From positions 320,001-384,000 of the forward strand of contig OY762654.1 in assembly GCA_963666205.1 (NCBI GenBank): a stretch of DNA of 64,000 nt. The letters are read 5' to 3'. Position 1 is the first letter of the stretch. Each line of letters opens with the position of its first letter. Position numbers and translations under genes: made by a program. Shown here in pieces: positions 63,378-64,000 of this stretch. Source of the stretch: Synergistales bacterium (GTDB lineage Bacteria; Synergistota; Synergistia; Synergistales; JAFGMB01). Below the pieces are notes generated by a model, which had not been told where the DNA came from, did no database searches, and saw only the letters and a program-made list of their open reading frames with translations.

Positions 63378-63465
63378 TGGTGCCGAAGCGGGGACTCGAA
63401 CCCCGACAGGCAAAATGCCCACTAGAACCTGAATCTAGCGCGTCTACCAATTCCGCCACCCCGGC
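63378..63465 (-). tRNA. tRNA-Leu (anticodon CAG)
   Basis: GCCGGGG acceptor stem, D-loop GGAATTGGTAGAC, anticodon arm CTAGA-TTCAGGT-TCTAG, long variable arm, GTTCGAGTC T-loop, encoded CCA. Confidence 0.97.
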
Positions 63466-63485
63466 ACATTTTAAGCACAGCGACA

Positions 63486-63514
63486 ATTTTAGCAAGGCCA
63501 GTCGAGTTTGACAA
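63486..63514 (-). promoter_or_regulatory. Putative tRNA-Leu promoter
   Basis: Minus strand TTGTCA-17 nt-TAAAAT with TG extension. Confidence 0.6.
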
Positions 63515-63605
63515 GCCTACACCTTAAATATTTTCTGATTGTAAGAGTTGCACAGAAGTAAAAGATAGCTCCAGAATAATTCTGTAAGGATAGGAAAACG
63601 ATGAT

Positions 63606-64000
63606 TTACTGGCTGGCCGCCCGCCTTAATCGGTCTCTTAAAGCCAGTCCTAATCCTTCTTCATCTGGAAATTCTGCAATGATAGTTTTCACTCCTGCCC
63701 TCTCAAGAATCCGGAAAGAAGAGAAAAGATTCCTTGCATAGGAATCAAGATCAGGGAAAATGATCTTATTCTTCACTGTAAATGGAGGTTCATGGATACC
63801 AAGAAAGCCTATTGGACACATGCTCATTTTCATAATATCATCACGTATTGTTCCCTGCTCCCACAAGATAAGGGGAACCAGCGGCGCATAATGCCTGTAC
63901 CGTGTTCCCGGAGAACGTTTTATCTCCTTTTGATCTGTAGGCATTAACACTCTGCCGACAAGTTTTTTTATTTCCTCTAAAGGAAGTCCTCCCGGCCTGA
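63606..64000 (-). CDS. sua5: Sua5 threonylcarbamoyl-AMP synthase, C-terminal part (5' end outside the window)
   Basis: RPGGLPLEEI...RSPGTRYRHYAP linker, YARNLFSSFR, GLGLALRDRLRRAA. Confidence 0.93.
   Translation of the reverse strand, partial: RPGGLPLEEIKKLVGRVLMPTDQKEIKRSPGTRYRHYAPLVPLILWEQGTIRDDIMKMSMCPIGFLGIHEPPFTVKNKIIFPDLDSYARNLFSSFRILERAGVKTIIAEFPDEEGLGLALRDRLRRAASQ

Noticed and set aside
63378-63465. tRNA as an integration site for an island
   Set aside because: No duplicated tRNA 3' end, integrase or foreign genes nearby.

Overview
Core chromosomal region of an anaerobic diderm bacterium. It is most likely Synergistota, inferred from the Firmicutes-like ribosomal superoperon, an OmpH/Skp gene and a 1666-aa RpoC with large insertions. 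From left to right the window holds: degP (truncated by the window edge); a ~950-bp intergenic region; lgt-jag-yidC-yidD-rnpA-rpmH; a DinG helicase; rpsT; holA-leuS; SPFH/NfeD/radA; a his operon (DZGBHAF-IE); a five-gene DRTGG / Ser-Thr kinase / sensory-type [FeFe]-hydrogenase / DRTGG / PHP module; assorted envelope and housekeeping genes; mreB; the continuous rpoB-rpoC-str-S10-spc-alpha-ecf-truA block (~32 kb); tRNA-Leu(CAG); and the 3' end of sua5. No mobile element or CRISPR array was seen. The standout is the degP-lgt intergenic region (~1423-2274). It has an upstream sigma70-like promoter on the + strand, a long nested series of helices pairing its 5' and 3' ends, and about ten internal hairpins with G-U pairs favouring the + strand. 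This fits an unannotated ~850-nt highly structured ncRNA in the size class of ROOL/GOLLD/OLE RNAs. All pairings were found by eye and not computed.
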